Shown here piece after piece: positions 50,501 through 61,174 of a DNA stretch of 64,000 nucleotides (its first letter is position 1; every line of letters begins with the position of its first letter). The DNA comes from Octopus sinensis (lineage: Eukaryota). The stretch is from positions 187,984,001-188,048,000 of the forward strand of contig NC_042998.1 in the NCBI RefSeq assembly GCF_006345805.1, in the 5' to 3' direction. A program made the position numbers and the translations under genes. The notes under the pieces were generated by a model. It ran no database searches. It worked only from the letters and a program-made list of their open reading frames with translations, and was not told the DNA's origin.

Positions 50501-53500
50501 AAAGAAAAAGGTACCAGACAAATACTGTAGTCTATTCAGAAATTTTTCATTATTACTTTTAATGTTGCAAGACCTGGATCTCAATTTATTGAATCAGCAA
50601 GTCTTTGGGTTCCTAGTTTAGACCCACTTCACTTCACTTATGAATCTCTACTAGACTCTTATTACTTAGGTTTGAAGCCTCATTAAACAAATTCTTATTG
50701 AAAGTTACATTAACTAAGTAGATAAAAATCATATTACCTGTTTCTGATCTATAACTCTGTTGTTGTTGTTGTTGTTTAACTCCAGGACATTTCTAATCAA
50801 AGAGACTGTTGATGAAAGGTCTTGCAGCTATGATCATTCTGTCTTGTTGTGAGTGTATCTTGGATTACATTATCCACTGTATCTTACCTTCTGTAATAAG
50901 GAGTGTGTAGATTACTGTGGTTTCAACAACATTGGAGTTGGTAAAAAATAAACATAAGTTAATGATGTAAGGAAAATGAAGAAAAACAGTTCGATGAGTA
51001 GCTTTCTGTAATGATATTTTTTTTCAAAAATGGTAATTTTCAGAATTTCTTTCAAAGAACATCTCATGACATGTATATATTCATTTTCCCCTTTCGCCAG
51101 CGCCGCCTCGATTGGCCTCCGTGCCGGTGGCACGTAAAAAGCACCAACCAATCGTGGCCGTTTGCCAGCCTCGCCTGGCACCTGTGCCGGTGGCACGTAC
51201 AAAGCACCCACTACACTCATGGAGTGGTTGGCATTAGGAAAGGCATCCAGCTGTAGAAACACTGCCAGATCAGACTGGAGCCTGGTGCAGCCTCCTGGCT
51301 TCCCAGACCCCAGTTGAACCGTCCAACCCATGCTAGCATGGAAAGCGGTCGCTAAATGATGATGATGATGATGACTGGTAGTGACATTCTTCAAGAAGGA
51401 AGTAATGGTGTGCTTCAGGTCACTAGGGGTTAGTTTTACGTGCCCTCCCTTGTCTACTGTTTCCAAGTCCCTACTTTTCTAACTTTTAGCTATTCTAGAT
51501 TTCACAATTCCCACTAAAAGAAATAAACGTTTGTCTCCTTCCATAAAAGAAAGGATCTTTTCCCTCTTGCTAACAATGATAACTTTAGGACAATAAAGAA
51601 GCTGAAAGAAATAGAATGATACATTCCATTAACCTTCATGCAAAGAATATGTCATTAAAATCAAGAAAGTTAGAAGCAAAAAAGATAGCTCCCTGAATGT
51701 TTCCCCATCTTGTTATGATCTCCTCTACTGCTAATTAGATTTCTTAGGTAACAGAAGTTTCATGCATTTGTCTCTGTTCTTCAATTTTATCACTTTTAAT
51801 GTCACTATTACATCCTGTAAAGCAGTGGGTATTAGGAGAATTAGAAAGTCGTAAAAACCAAACCAAAAATTTAAATGTGTGAATGAGACCTGATCTTCCA
51901 ATCTATCCACAAGAGCAGTAAATAAAAATAAACTGTCCAATCCATGTCAACATGCAAAGCAGGATCAAAACAATGATGATAATTCCATTTTAATCTGAAG
52001 ACATCAAACTAAACATTTCTAATCCGTTTTTTCAAGAACTGCATTCCACTGAAACTTCCTATTCCTGCTCATCTGGTTGAGCTTGCTTAGAGTTTCTATT
52101 TATTTCTACTTCTCCACTAATTTCACTGGCAGTTCAATTATGTTGGTGACAAATTTCTTTGTTGTGTGGAGGAAATTTCAAATTTTTTGTTCATTGGTTC
52201 CTAATTTCAACTGAATTTTGGTTGATATTCCAGCTAAATTGTAGTAATTCCAAGTTACCTCATTTTACATAGTCCAGAACAGCCTAAAATGTCTGTTGGC
52301 CTTGCATCTTCTCTTTAGTTTAAGTCATAAAGATATTCAAATGTAATGTCTTCTCTTTGTAAGAATGCTTTTAAATTTATATTTTTGTTAGGTTTGGAAT
52401 ATCAAGCCCAGTCTCCTGATGAGAATGCCCTTGTATCTGCTGCCCGAAATTTTGGTTTTGTATTCACGGTAAATTTTTCATTTCAATGTGAAGAGATATT
52501 AAAAACTAGCTGAATAGCCTGTTGTTGTTGGGCAATGCTTACAATAGAATAGGTCTCTTGATCAGGACAGATTTACTCTTTTACTTGTTTCAGTCATTTG
52601 ACTGCGGCCATGCTGGAGCACCGCCTTTAGTCGAACAACTCGACCCCGGGACTTATTCATTGTAAGCCCAGTACTTATTCTATCGGTCTCCTTTGCCAAA
52701 CCACTGTGACGGGGACATAAACACACCAGCATCAGTTGTCAAGCAATGCTAGGGGACAAACACAGACACACAGACACACACGCACACACATATATATATA
52801 CATATATACGACGGGCTTCTTTCAGTTTCCGTCTACCAAATCCACTCACAAGGCTTTGGTCGGCCCGAGGCTATAGTAGAAGACACTTGCCCAAGGTGCC
52901 ATGCAGTGGGACTGAACCTGGAACCATGTGGTTGGTAAGCAAGCTACTTACCACACAGCCACTCTTGTGTAATTTTTCGCAAAAAAACTTTATTGAGGAC
53001 TTTTTCCTTTTTAAATTATTTACATGTCTGTTTGACCGCTTCACATGACATTATTCATTAAAACTTATTAAAACTTTAGAAGTTCTTACAACTTTGGTCA
53101 TTGTAATGCTTTGCTTTCTTTTGTTTAATAAAAATATCACAAAATGAAAGCAAAATCATTACAGAGGAATTTTTATTAAACAAAAGAAAGCAAAGCATTT
53201 ACAATGACCAAAGTTGTAAGAACTTCTGTAGTTTTAATAAGTTTTAATGACTAATGTCATGTGAAACGGTCAAACAGACATGTAAATAAATTAAAAAGGA
53301 AAAAATCCTCAACAAAGTTTTTTGCAAAAAATTGCACAAATCTCTCCAGATCAAGAGGCCTATTCCATTGTAAACATTTAACAAATAAATATTTCTTTGG
53401 GATATATAGATGGCTCATTTTGTAAGGGGAGTCATAAAAATCAAATCAACCCTTGTATTTATATATTGTCAATCCTAAAGGTTACGAGTCAGAATCAATG

Positions 53501-56500
53501 TTTTAATGCACACGTTTCCATGCTTGCATGGGTTGGACAGAATTTATTGAGGTGGATTTTCTCTATCCAGACACCTTTCTTGTTAACCATCACCTGTTTC
53601 TAAGTAAGGTAATATTTCCTCATAACCAGACATATTTTTGTGGAAGATTAGAAATGAAGAACACAGCTTGCATGATGCTGACACTTGGTTATGACTCCCA
53701 TGTAATATCAAGGCTAGGTGACAGTAACACACATACATATATGTATATACATACACACACTCGATGCACATGTGCACGCACACACACACACACACACACA
53801 AAACAGGCTTCTTTCATTTTCTATCTGCCAAATACATTCACTAGTCTTTGAGACTATAGTAGAAGACACTTACCCAAGGTGACTGAACCTAACGGGACTG
53901 GATCTAAAACCATGTGCTTGGGTAACCTTGGTGTACTTGTGTACTTAGTATTATGCAAAATAGCTTGGTAAACTTTTTAATAGCTTTGTAAATAACAAAT
54001 AACCATAGAATTTGTGCAGAAAAGAAATTAGAAATTTGCTTGAATTTTTCTGAAAAATATTTCCCAGATGAACCAACTTCACGGCAGGAGGTGCAGATGA
54101 GGGCAGCTGCATCAAACTCATGCACCAAATGTCAATTGCTAAAAAGCATTCGTGAAGTAAAATTATGTAGCAACACTGAATGGCGGTGCCCCAGCATGGC
54201 CACAGCTTGTGAGCTGAAACTAGATAAAATGAAAATGACTGAAGATTTATTGAATAGACAAACTGTAATTTTCAACATCTGTTACAAATGCAAATGAATA
54301 TTCAATAGACATAAAACAATATATGTAATTTCGATCTTTTGTATATGTGCAAAGTTTTGAATATATATATTTGTCAGGTGTATGGCTCAGTGGTTAGAGT
54401 GTTAGGCTCACATTCATGAGGTTGTGAGTTTGATTCCCAGACTGGGCTGTGTGTTGTGCTCTTGAGCAAGACACTTTATTTCATATTGCTCCAGTTCACT
54501 CAGCTATAGAAAAGAGTTGCGATGTCACTAGTGCCAAGCTGTTTTGACCTAACATTGGTGGTATGGAGAGGGGAAACTGGTATGCATGGGTGACTGCTGG
54601 TTGTCCATAAACAACCTTGCCTGGACTTGTGCCACGGTGGATAACTTTCTAGGTGCAATCTCATTGTCATTCATGACCAAAGAGGGTCTTTACCTTTAAT
54701 GCACAAGTTAAATATGTTTGGCTGTTTGGTTGTTGATGAATGTAATTGTGATCTGATGCTAATAAAAGCATAGTGTACATATAAATATGATAAACACTCT
54801 ATCTATCTCAATGTGTTATATATGCAACATTCATTCTTATATATTTATATATTTTTATATGATGTTTATATATTTATTTATTACTATATTTTTAAACGCC
54901 GGACTTTGTATCAGTTCTGTAGATATAAATGAATATATGAATATATGTATGTGTTTGATCTTTCTGTGGATTTTGTAATGTTCCTTTAGTTGCTGCTCAC
55001 GTTGCATCCCCTCGGATTAATAAGTGTATACAGGTCATTTGAGCAATACAATTCCAGTCTGTTATATATTTTGAGTGTTGTTGTCACTAGTGATCTCAAG
55101 ATATAACTTTGCATTTTGTAATTTATAGAGAAAGGATTAATGTCCTGCAAAATTATAATATTTGTTATTGTGAAATACTTGCTGATATTGCTGCCTCTCC
55201 TTGATTTCTGAGTTTATTAATGCTTACTGTGTTGGCTTAAAGACAAAATTTCTCTTATTTTTTTTTCAGTCTCGTACTCCAAACACTATTACTATTGAAG
55301 TGAATGGTACCGAGGAAACCTATGAACTGCTGTGTATCCTAGATTTCAACAACGTTAGAAAAAGAATGTCTGTAAGTTGTCATAGGTTTATTTTTGTTAC
55401 TGCTTTTAATTGTAACTGTGAATTTACTCAAGTGGAATCATCATCATCATCATCATCGTTTAACGTCTGCTTTCCATGCTAGCATGGGTTGGACGGTTCG
55501 ACTGGGGCCTGGGAAGCCAGGAGGCTGCACCAGGCCCAGTCTGATCTGGCAGTGTTTCTACAGCTGGATGCCCTTCCTAACACCAACCACTCCGTGAGTG
55601 TAGTGGGTGCTTTCTACATGCCACCAGCATGGTGCCAGGCGAGGCTGGCAACGGCCCCATTCGGATGGTTCTTTTACATGCCACCGGCACTGGTATCACA
55701 ACTACAATTTCCATTGATTTTTGAGCAATTTCGATTTAGATTTCGATTTCACTTGCCTCCTCAGGTCTTCGCAAGCAGAGTTTTGTGTCCTAAGAAGGAA
55801 AGGAATGCATATTGATGTCTATTGTATGTAGCATAAACTGATATGATTATATCTGGAATGTGTGAAAGTGTAGCATATGTAAAATGACTGTTAAATTATA
55901 ATAGTGGTTTGAAATTGACCCAGTGTGATGAACAAATATTAAACTTCCATGTAAAATATTTTCTATTTTAATACCCTTTCTATTAACTTGGATTAAATAG
56001 TAATACTATAATGGTCTACTTTCTCTCTGGCTATATTTCTTTTCTGCAGGTGATAGTTCAGAAAGATGGTGTTATACAGCTGCTTTGTAAAGGTGCCGAC
56101 ACATTGGTGTTTACACTGCTCTCTCCAGAATCAAACAATCTCAAGGAACTGACTGTAGAACACTTAAATGTAAGTTGATAGCTAAAGCGAGGGTAATTAT
56201 TTTCTAGTATGTTCATATTAAAACAAAATTATCGGATCTTTTCGGTTTGAACGGCAGTTTTTAACATAATTTCTAGGTAACTAAAAGATTTTAAACTTCG
56301 TATACTGGTAGAATGTGTTTATAAAACATCTTTTTCTCTTGGCTTCATTGAGAAAATTCTATAGTTTGTAAGATATTTGTTGTTTTTTTTCTTCAATTTC
56401 TGCAATTTCAACCAATCGATGATGTCCATTGAGTTGAAAAGCATTCTGTGCCGTATGAATATGTCCCTCGTTTAAGAAACAGATTGGGTTTATTTACATT

Positions 56501-57534
56501 TGTGAAGAAAAAAAGATACCCTTCCCTCACCCCTAACTCTAACCCTAAAAGAAATTGAAATGCAATAGATCGATTTTAGGGTCATAATTATGGGTGACAA
56601 TTTCATATGACACCGCTAGAAAAAATTGCCGTTCAAACTGAAAAGATCCAAATTATCTTGTGTGCAGTTTCATATATGCTTTTCGTTTCATTTATATATG
56701 CCATTATAATGCATCTGTGTAATTTTTATTTGTTTACATATCATTTATAACTTTACTTTTATTTAATTAAACTGCATATTTAATAAAAAAGAAACATATT
56801 CATTTTTGTAGCAATTCGCCCAAGATGGTTTGCGAACATTGTGCCTTGCTGCAAAAGAAATTGAACCTCAAGTTTATGCTGACTGGAAGAAGCGACATCA
56901 TGAAGCCAGGTATTTAGTTTTATTATGACAAAATTTATTGAAACAAGCATACTGAATATCAAGAAGACACTGAATCTTTAAGTTAGGTGTGTCTTACTTC
57001 AAAATTGTAAGCTTAAGGAAAAATGTTGCAAGTCACAGTAAGATTTCAAGTAAAGTAAATAAACTCTAAAAAAGTCTATAATTTTCATTTATGAGGCATT
57101 ATATTTCACCACAGTTACCACCACCATTACTACTACTACTACTACTACTACTTTCATTGAATGAGAGAGCAGTGCATGCCATCAAAGTGACACTGGGGTA
57201 AAATATACGAAGCCCAGTATACCCATTATTCATCATCATCATCATCGTTTAACGTCCACTTTCCATGCTAGCATGGGTTGGACGATTTTGACTGAGGGCT
57301 GGCAAACCAGAAGGCTGCACCAGGCTCCAATCTTGATTTAGCAGAGTTTCTATAGCTGAATGCCCTTCCCAACGCCAACCACTCTGAGAGTTTAGTGGGT
57401 GCTTTTTACGTGCCACCGGCACGGGGGCTAGTCAGGCGGTACTGGCAATGACCTCGCTCGAATCCTTTTACACATGCCACTGGCACAGGTGCCAGTAAGG
57501 CGACATTGGTAACGATCACGCTCGAATGGTGCGA

Positions 57535-57581
<47 letters not shown>

Positions 57582-60399
57582 CATTACTACTATTATTATT
57601 ATTATTTAACAAATATTATTTGTAAATGATAAGTCTTTAAGAGGCCAGTTATTGGTTCACAGCATTTCTAACAGTGAGAGTGTCCAGGGATTGTCTACCT
57701 TGATTGCAGAGTATATATCTCAAGAGATTTTGTCCATAGATCATCATTTTTGTACTCCTGCCTATGTCTTTTCACTTCAATATGCACCAGCAAAAAATAT
57801 ATACATATATGCATATATTATATGTATGCACTCACATGTGCATGCATGAGTTTCTATCAAATTTCTTTCATAAAATATCTGGTTGATGCCAAAATAATTA
57901 CTATTCCTGTAGTCAGTAACATTTTCCTACACCTTTCTAATCTTGTTGATTGTTTCTCTGTTCTCGGTAGTATTTCACTGGAGAATCGTGATGATAAGTT
58001 GAATAACTTATTTGAAGAAATAGAGAAAAATCTCACTCTACTTGGTGCTACAGCCATTGAAGACAAACTCCAGGATGGTGTTCCAGAAACAATAGCCAAT
58101 TTGGCATTAGCAGGGATCAAAATCTGGGTACTAACTGGAGACAAACAAGGTAAATTCCACAATTCTTTAAGTTTTGAAATGGTTGGAAGTGTAATTGTAA
58201 TCATCAACATCATCATCATCTAATGTCCACTTTGGTACAGTCCTCTGGCTTGCTCATTCATCATTTTCTACTATCTCCACTTGTACTCAAATGAGATAGT
58301 TGCCTCCATAGTATGAATTTATGTTATTGGACATCCCTTATGTTAGTTTCATCAGCAACACTCTTCTGTGCTAGCTTAGGGCATTTTGGAAGAGGGTATT
58401 TATTTTGGAGACGAGCTGACAGAAACGTTAGCACACCGGGCGAAATGTGTAGCTGTATTTCGTCTGCCTTTATGTTCTGAGTTCAAATTCCGCCGAGGTT
58501 GACTTTGTCTTTCATCCTTACATGGTGGATAAATTAAGTACCAGTTACGCACTGTTGTCGATGTAATCGACTTAATCCGTTTGTCTGTCCTTGTTTGTCC
58601 CCTCTGTGTTTAACCCCTTGTGGGTAGTAAATAAATAGGTATTTATCTTGGAGTTTTCTTTCTCCTAGATTGATTGCTTTCACCCCAACTAAGGAGATCG
58701 ATCTATACTTACAAAAGCCTATTTAACCCATAGATAGGACCTAAACAGGTACTACCATTCCAGGTTAGAGCAGACCTTGAAGTAATGGTAGTTAAGGGGT
58801 GACTCCATGCTTTGCTCAACTCTAGAACTCCTGAACTTGCAGTTTTATCAGGATGAAACTGTTGCAGTTTAATGTCATACCCAGGCTTGCTGGTTCTTGT
58901 CTAACATATGTCAGCATGGAAAACAGACATTAAATGGTGATGATATCTTTATTATTCTCTTGTGTCTGGGAAGAGTCATTTTCTTTTTGTGCCTTATAAT
59001 GTAACACTCAGCAGTAAAATTTCCACTTATTTCTTATTTTTATTTATATTTTCCTCAAATTTTCGTTGTGTCTTGCAACCTTTTCAATAGTCTTGACTCT
59101 GTCTGTGATTGTAAATAAAGGACAGAGTCAAGACTATTGAAAACATTGCAAGACGCAATGAAAATTTTAGGAAAATAAAAATAAAATAAGTGGAAATTTT
59201 ATCGGTGAGTGTGTTACATTATAAGGCACAAAAAGAAAATGACTCTCCCCAGACACAACAGAATATGCTTCAACACATGAACTCATATAAAGAATCTTGC
59301 AAACCAAATCCAAAAACGAAATGTTATTCTTATTAAACCATTATTATAGAATCTCACTGTTAATGTCAATTGCAATATTCATTCTACTTCTTAGTTTTAC
59401 TATTGAAACTATCTTTTTTGTAATAATACTGTTTCTTTTTTTTTTTTTCCCTCTGACATTCCAGAGACTGCAATTAATATCGGTTATTCCTGTAAGTTAC
59501 TCACGGATGAAATGGAAGAAATATTCATTGTTGATGGAGAAGAATATGACGAGGTCCAAGATCAGCTGAAGAAATCTCTCCAGCACATAAATAACTACTG
59601 TCATGGCAGTAGCTGTTTTGGAAATGGTAATATGTATGAGGACGTTGATGGTGCTACCTTTGGAAAAGAAATTGAACCTAACCAATATGCTCTGGTTATT
59701 AATGGTCACAGTTTGGTAAGTACTATTTAAGATTTCTTCTTCTTCTTCATCATTACTGTTTAATGTCTGTTTTCCATGCTGGCATAGGTTTGATGGTTTG
59801 ACATGCAACTGGCCAGCCATGGAGCTGTCCCATACTCCAATTGTCCATTGTTGCATGGTTTCGATGGCTGGATGTCCTTCCTAATACCAACCACTTTACA
59901 GAGCGTGCTGGGTGCTTTTTATGTGCCACCAGCTTGGGTGCACTTTTGCAGTACTAACACAAGTGCATTTTATGTGGCACCAGCACCTGTAAAGGACAAA
60001 CCTGTATCTATGGATAACAGTAATTTTGCTTAGCTTGATGCATCTTCTCAAGTACAGCAAATTGCCACAACTCCCATTCCCTTGCCATTACATCACATTA
60101 GAGTACATTTGTACATTACTGCATGTGCTTTATATGCGCTTTTGACAAGTATAGGTTGGACGGTTTGACATGTAACTTTTGACAAGCACAGGTTGGACGG
60201 TTTGACATGCAATTGGCCAGCCATGGAGCTGTCCATACTCCAATTGTCCATTGTTGCATGGTTTTGATGGCTGAATGTCCTTCCTAATACCAACCATTAC
60301 ATTACATTACAGTACATTTAGACATTTGTACATTACTGCATGTGCTTTATATGCGCTTTTGATAAGTTGTGGTGCACCAGAGCACTGTATACAATAATT

Positions 60400-60431
<32 letters not shown>

Positions 60432-61174
60432 TCCTCAGTGAGGCCCAATGTCCAAAGATCCTTTCTCACCACTTTGTCCCACATCTTCCTGGGTCAACCC
60501 CTTCCACAGGTTCCCTCCACAATTAGAACTTAGTTAGTTAGTTAGTTAATTTTTTGGCTCAAAAAGCAAGGCCATGTAGGGGGACATGGAGTTATGTACA
60601 GGGTGGTGTTCATGTAAAGAGTTCAGGCCACTTGAGGTCAAGGGAGACTTTGAACCGAGCGGTCGTTGGCATCTTCACCATCTCGTCTGGCAGCTTATTC
60701 CACGGATCCGCAATCCGGACGGAGAAAGCCCCTCTCCTTGGCACTTCTTTACACAGCTGTCCACATCCATACACATCACATGATCACCACATTGAGTGTG
60801 CTAATTCTAAGGGTGTGTGGAAGGTGTGGGTTGGTGGGGGGACACAGGAATGGGGATCATCATTATAATTTGTATTTTAGATTAACATACTAAAAAATTT
60901 TTAACGATAATGATAATATTTGCTTCAATGGAAGACCTGTTATAAGAAAAAAAAAATTATTTCTTTTAATTATTTAATATTTTGTCTTAGATTCATGCTC
61001 TTGAGAAAAGTATGGAATCGTTGCTTTTGGAAGTTGGCTGTCTCTGCAAGGCTGTGATTTGCTGTCGTGTAACACCACTTCAGAAAGCTCGTGTAGTTGA
61101 TTTGGTGAAACGCAACAAAAAGTCTGTTACTCTTGCAATTGGAGATGGTGCTAATGATGTCAGCATGATTAAAA
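8845..61174 (+). CDS. ATP8B: P4-ATPase phospholipid flippase, ATP8B subfamily (multi-exon, partial at both ends)
   Basis: 18 GT-AG exons with consistent phases translate to a P4-ATPase with DGETNLK (A domain), NTVVPISL (TM4), [12 protein letters not shown] (phosphorylation site), KGAD, LTGDKQ and [21 protein letters not shown] and LALCHTVM are ATP8B-like. Confidence 0.95.
9335..9720. repeat. Modular minisatellite of GAATATAG/GAAT/GGAATATA units
   Basis: Directly visible tandem units, almost C-free on the + strand. Confidence 0.9.
10864..11350. repeat. Compound (CT)n-CCTATCTTTCTT satellite
   Basis: Repeated cctatctttctt units separated by variable (ct)n. Explains the spurious Ser/Leu ORFs. 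Confidence 0.92.
14480..14800 (+). mobile_element. Family A retroposon (SINE-like, (GAT)n tail)
   Basis: ggaagggcatccagctgtagaaac...ccaacccatgctagcatggaaa..gacgttaaa(tga)n core. Many copies in both orientations across the window. Confidence 0.8.
15010..15471 (+). mobile_element. Family A retroposon with internal tandem modules
   Basis: Same core and tail, with repeated gtgcc.gtggcacgtaaaaagcacc modules. Confidence 0.8.
15667..15780 (+). CDS. ATP8B: ATP8B-like exon: [38 protein letters not shown] (TM1)
   Basis: tttcag/gtatgt, 114 nt, phase 0/0. Conserved TSKY..TFLP.NLFEQF motif. Confidence 0.95.
17186..17412 (-). mobile_element. tRNA-derived SINE, family D
   Basis: Reverse complement of 38429-38672. 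Confidence 0.8.
18767..18865 (+). CDS. ATP8B: Alternative (mutually exclusive) exon A: [33 protein letters not shown] (TM1-TM2 loop + TM2)
   Basis: tattttgtcataaaag acceptor, gtaagt donor, 99 nt, phase 0/0, no stop. 16/33 aa identical to exon 23494-23592. Confidence 0.85.
22941..23160. mobile_element. piggyBac-type MITE
   Basis: TTAA|ccctttt...gaaaggg|TTAA. Near-identical copy at 40266-40486. Confidence 0.85.
23494..23592 (+). CDS. ATP8B: Alternative (mutually exclusive) exon B: [33 protein letters not shown] (TM1-TM2 loop + TM2)
   Basis: ttgccag/gtaagt, 99 nt, phase 0/0. Conserved IP.IS.L..TT..P...VL.I...KD..DD motif. Confidence 0.93.
26050..26500 (-). mobile_element. Degenerate LINE (RTE-like) 3' fragment
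   Basis: Minus-strand peptide [23 protein letters not shown] resembles the RTE C-terminal RGRP..W...V..DL motif. Confidence 0.5.
28819..28953 (+). CDS. ATP8B: ATP8B-like exon: [45 protein letters not shown]
   Basis: ctttag/gtaagc, 135 nt. RH.SD..VN and W..V.VGDII motifs. Confidence 0.95.
29440..29645 (+). mobile_element. Family A retroposon
   Basis: Core and (GAT)n tail. Confidence 0.8.
32087..32157 (+). CDS. ATP8B: ATP8B-like exon: [23 protein letters not shown](G)
   Basis: gaacag/gtgagt, 71 nt. A-domain, first half of DGET. Confidence 0.95.
33764..34836 (-). mobile_element. piggyBac internally deleted element with transposase N-terminal remnant
   Basis: TTAA flanks, TIRs ccctttcgttac/gtaacgaaaggg. 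Minus-strand frameshifted acidic peptide from 34557: [22 protein letters not shown]...[26 protein letters not shown]. Confidence 0.8.
35396..35848 (-). mobile_element. Head-to-tail tandem family B SINE copies
   Basis: One full copy, a 5'-truncated second copy and a third tail fragment (tttactacccacaagggg). Confidence 0.8.
36396..36478 (+). CDS. ATP8B: ATP8B-like exon: (G)[27 protein letters not shown]
   Basis: ttcag/gtaaat, 83 nt. Completes DGETNLK. Confidence 0.95.
36800..38290 (+). mobile_element. Degenerate Ty3/Gypsy LTR retrotransposon fragment (gag zinc knuckles, protease, RT), interrupted by a SINE
   Basis: [14 protein letters not shown] knuckle, [12 protein letters not shown] protease motif, RT segment LCADF..GLND...[30 protein letters not shown]...RGLYKY..IPFG. 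Contains stops and frameshifts. Confidence 0.85.
37029..37452 (+). mobile_element. tRNA-derived CORE-like SINE, family C, with internal (TA)n
   Basis: tRNA-like head gtggttgtgtggtaag...ggttcagtccc, accttgggcaagt core, aaagagt tail. Inverted copies at 41258, 52575 and 61305. Confidence 0.8.
38429..38672 (+). mobile_element. tRNA-derived SINE, family D
   Basis: A box tggcttagtggttag and B box ggtttcgattcc. Confidence 0.8.
39597..39816. mobile_element. piggyBac-type MITE (second family)
   Basis: TTAA|ccctttagcattcaaa...tttgaattctaaaggg|TTAA. Confidence 0.8.
40266..40486. mobile_element. piggyBac-type MITE (copy of 22941-23160)
   Basis: High similarity along its length, ends gaaaggg|TTAA. Confidence 0.85.
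40785..41020 (-). mobile_element. LINE 3' end (CR1/L2-like) with (ATT)n tail
   Basis: Minus-strand peptide [25 protein letters not shown] and a 3' tail shared with the + strand copy at 60320-60430. Confidence 0.55.
41258..41675 (-). mobile_element. Family C SINE
   Basis: Reverse complement of 37029-37452. Confidence 0.8.
41861..42108 (+). CDS. ATP8B: ATP8B-like exon: (V)[11 protein letters not shown]...[31 protein letters not shown]...LMNVLIVG
   Basis: ttccag/gtaagt, 248 nt. LLRG..LRNT and G.DTKL motifs. Confidence 0.96.
42160..42663 (-). mobile_element. Family A retroposon with tandem ~60-bp modules
   Basis: (CAT)n start, core, repeated acgatca(c/t)gctcg(a/g)atggtgc modules. Similar copies at 43198, 46912, 49448, 55438, 57230 and 62505. 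Confidence 0.8.
45491..45726 (+). CDS. ATP8B: ATP8B-like exon TM3-TM4: [20 protein letters not shown]...[16 protein letters not shown](S)
   Basis: ttatag/gtaggt, 236 nt. P4-specific PISL motif. Confidence 0.96.
47733..47895 (+). CDS. ATP8B: ATP8B-like exon with phosphorylation motif: VEMIRF...[21 protein letters not shown]
   Basis: ttcag/gtgagt, 163 nt. DKTGT. Confidence 0.97.
48150..48336. mobile_element. MITE-like element with 43-bp perfect inverted repeats
   Basis: 48150-48192 is the exact reverse complement of 48294-48336. Confidence 0.75.
49069..49158 (+). CDS. ATP8B: ATP8B-like exon: [30 protein letters not shown]
   Basis: ttattag/gtaagt, 90 nt. Confidence 0.93.
49998..50163 (+). CDS. 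ATP8B: ATP8B-like exon: [10 protein letters not shown]...[18 protein letters not shown]
   Basis: ttccag/gttagt, 166 nt. LALCHTV motif. Confidence 0.93.
51094..51373 (+). mobile_element. Family A retroposon
   Basis: Core and (GAT)n tail. Confidence 0.8.
52392..52468 (+). CDS. ATP8B: ATP8B-like exon: (G)[25 protein letters not shown]
   Basis: gttag/gtaaat, 77 nt. [13 protein letters not shown] motif. Confidence 0.95.
52533..53380. repeat. Foldback element with ~210-bp arms; left arm split by a family C SINE (52575-52964)
   Basis: 52965-53135 pairs with 53169-53339, and 52533-52574 pairs with 53338-53380. Confidence 0.8.
55270..55371 (+). CDS. ATP8B: ATP8B-like exon: [34 protein letters not shown]
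   Basis: ttcag/gtaagt, 102 nt. F.N.RKRMS motif. Confidence 0.95.
56050..56169 (+). CDS. ATP8B: ATP8B-like exon: [40 protein letters not shown]
   Basis: ctgcag/gtaagt, 120 nt. KGAD nucleotide-binding motif. Confidence 0.95.
56234..56649. mobile_element. DNA transposon MITE with GG termini and 8-bp TSD (Merlin- or hAT-like)
   Basis: TIRs ggatcttttc(g/a)gtttgaacggca, and TSD aaattatc on both sides. Confidence 0.8.
56812..56909 (+). CDS. ATP8B: ATP8B-like exon: [32 protein letters not shown](S)
   Basis: ttgtag/gtattt, 98 nt. GLRTL motif. Confidence 0.94.
57971..58149 (+). CDS. ATP8B: ATP8B-like exon: [10 protein letters not shown]...[19 protein letters not shown]...[11 protein letters not shown]
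   Basis: cggtag/gtaaat, 179 nt. [10 protein letters not shown] and TGDK motifs. Confidence 0.96.
58410..58642 (+). mobile_element. Family B SINE
   Basis: Matches 4972-5182. Confidence 0.8.
58953..59266. repeat. Foldback palindrome with ~150-bp arms and ~17-nt loop
   Basis: 58953-59103 is an imperfect reverse complement of 59121-59266. Confidence 0.85.
59465..59715 (+). CDS. ATP8B: ATP8B-like exon: (E)[20 protein letters not shown]...[11 protein letters not shown]
   Basis: ttccag/gtaagt, 251 nt. Confidence 0.95.
60530..60738 (-). mobile_element. CR1-like LINE 3' end with (TAAC)n tail
   Basis: Minus-strand peptide [42 protein letters not shown] matches the CR1 F..R....WN.LP..V....FK..LD C-terminus. 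Confidence 0.75.
60991..61174 (+). CDS. ATP8B: ATP8B-like exon: IHALEKSME...[19 protein letters not shown]...[15 protein letters not shown]
   Basis: tcttag/gtaagt, 184 nt. GDGAND motif. Confidence 0.97.

Noticed and set aside
50912-51466. 184-aa minus-strand ORF with poly-His, and similar ORFs containing [11 protein letters not shown]
   Set aside because: Translation of family A SINE and its (CAT)n tail, recurring at each copy.
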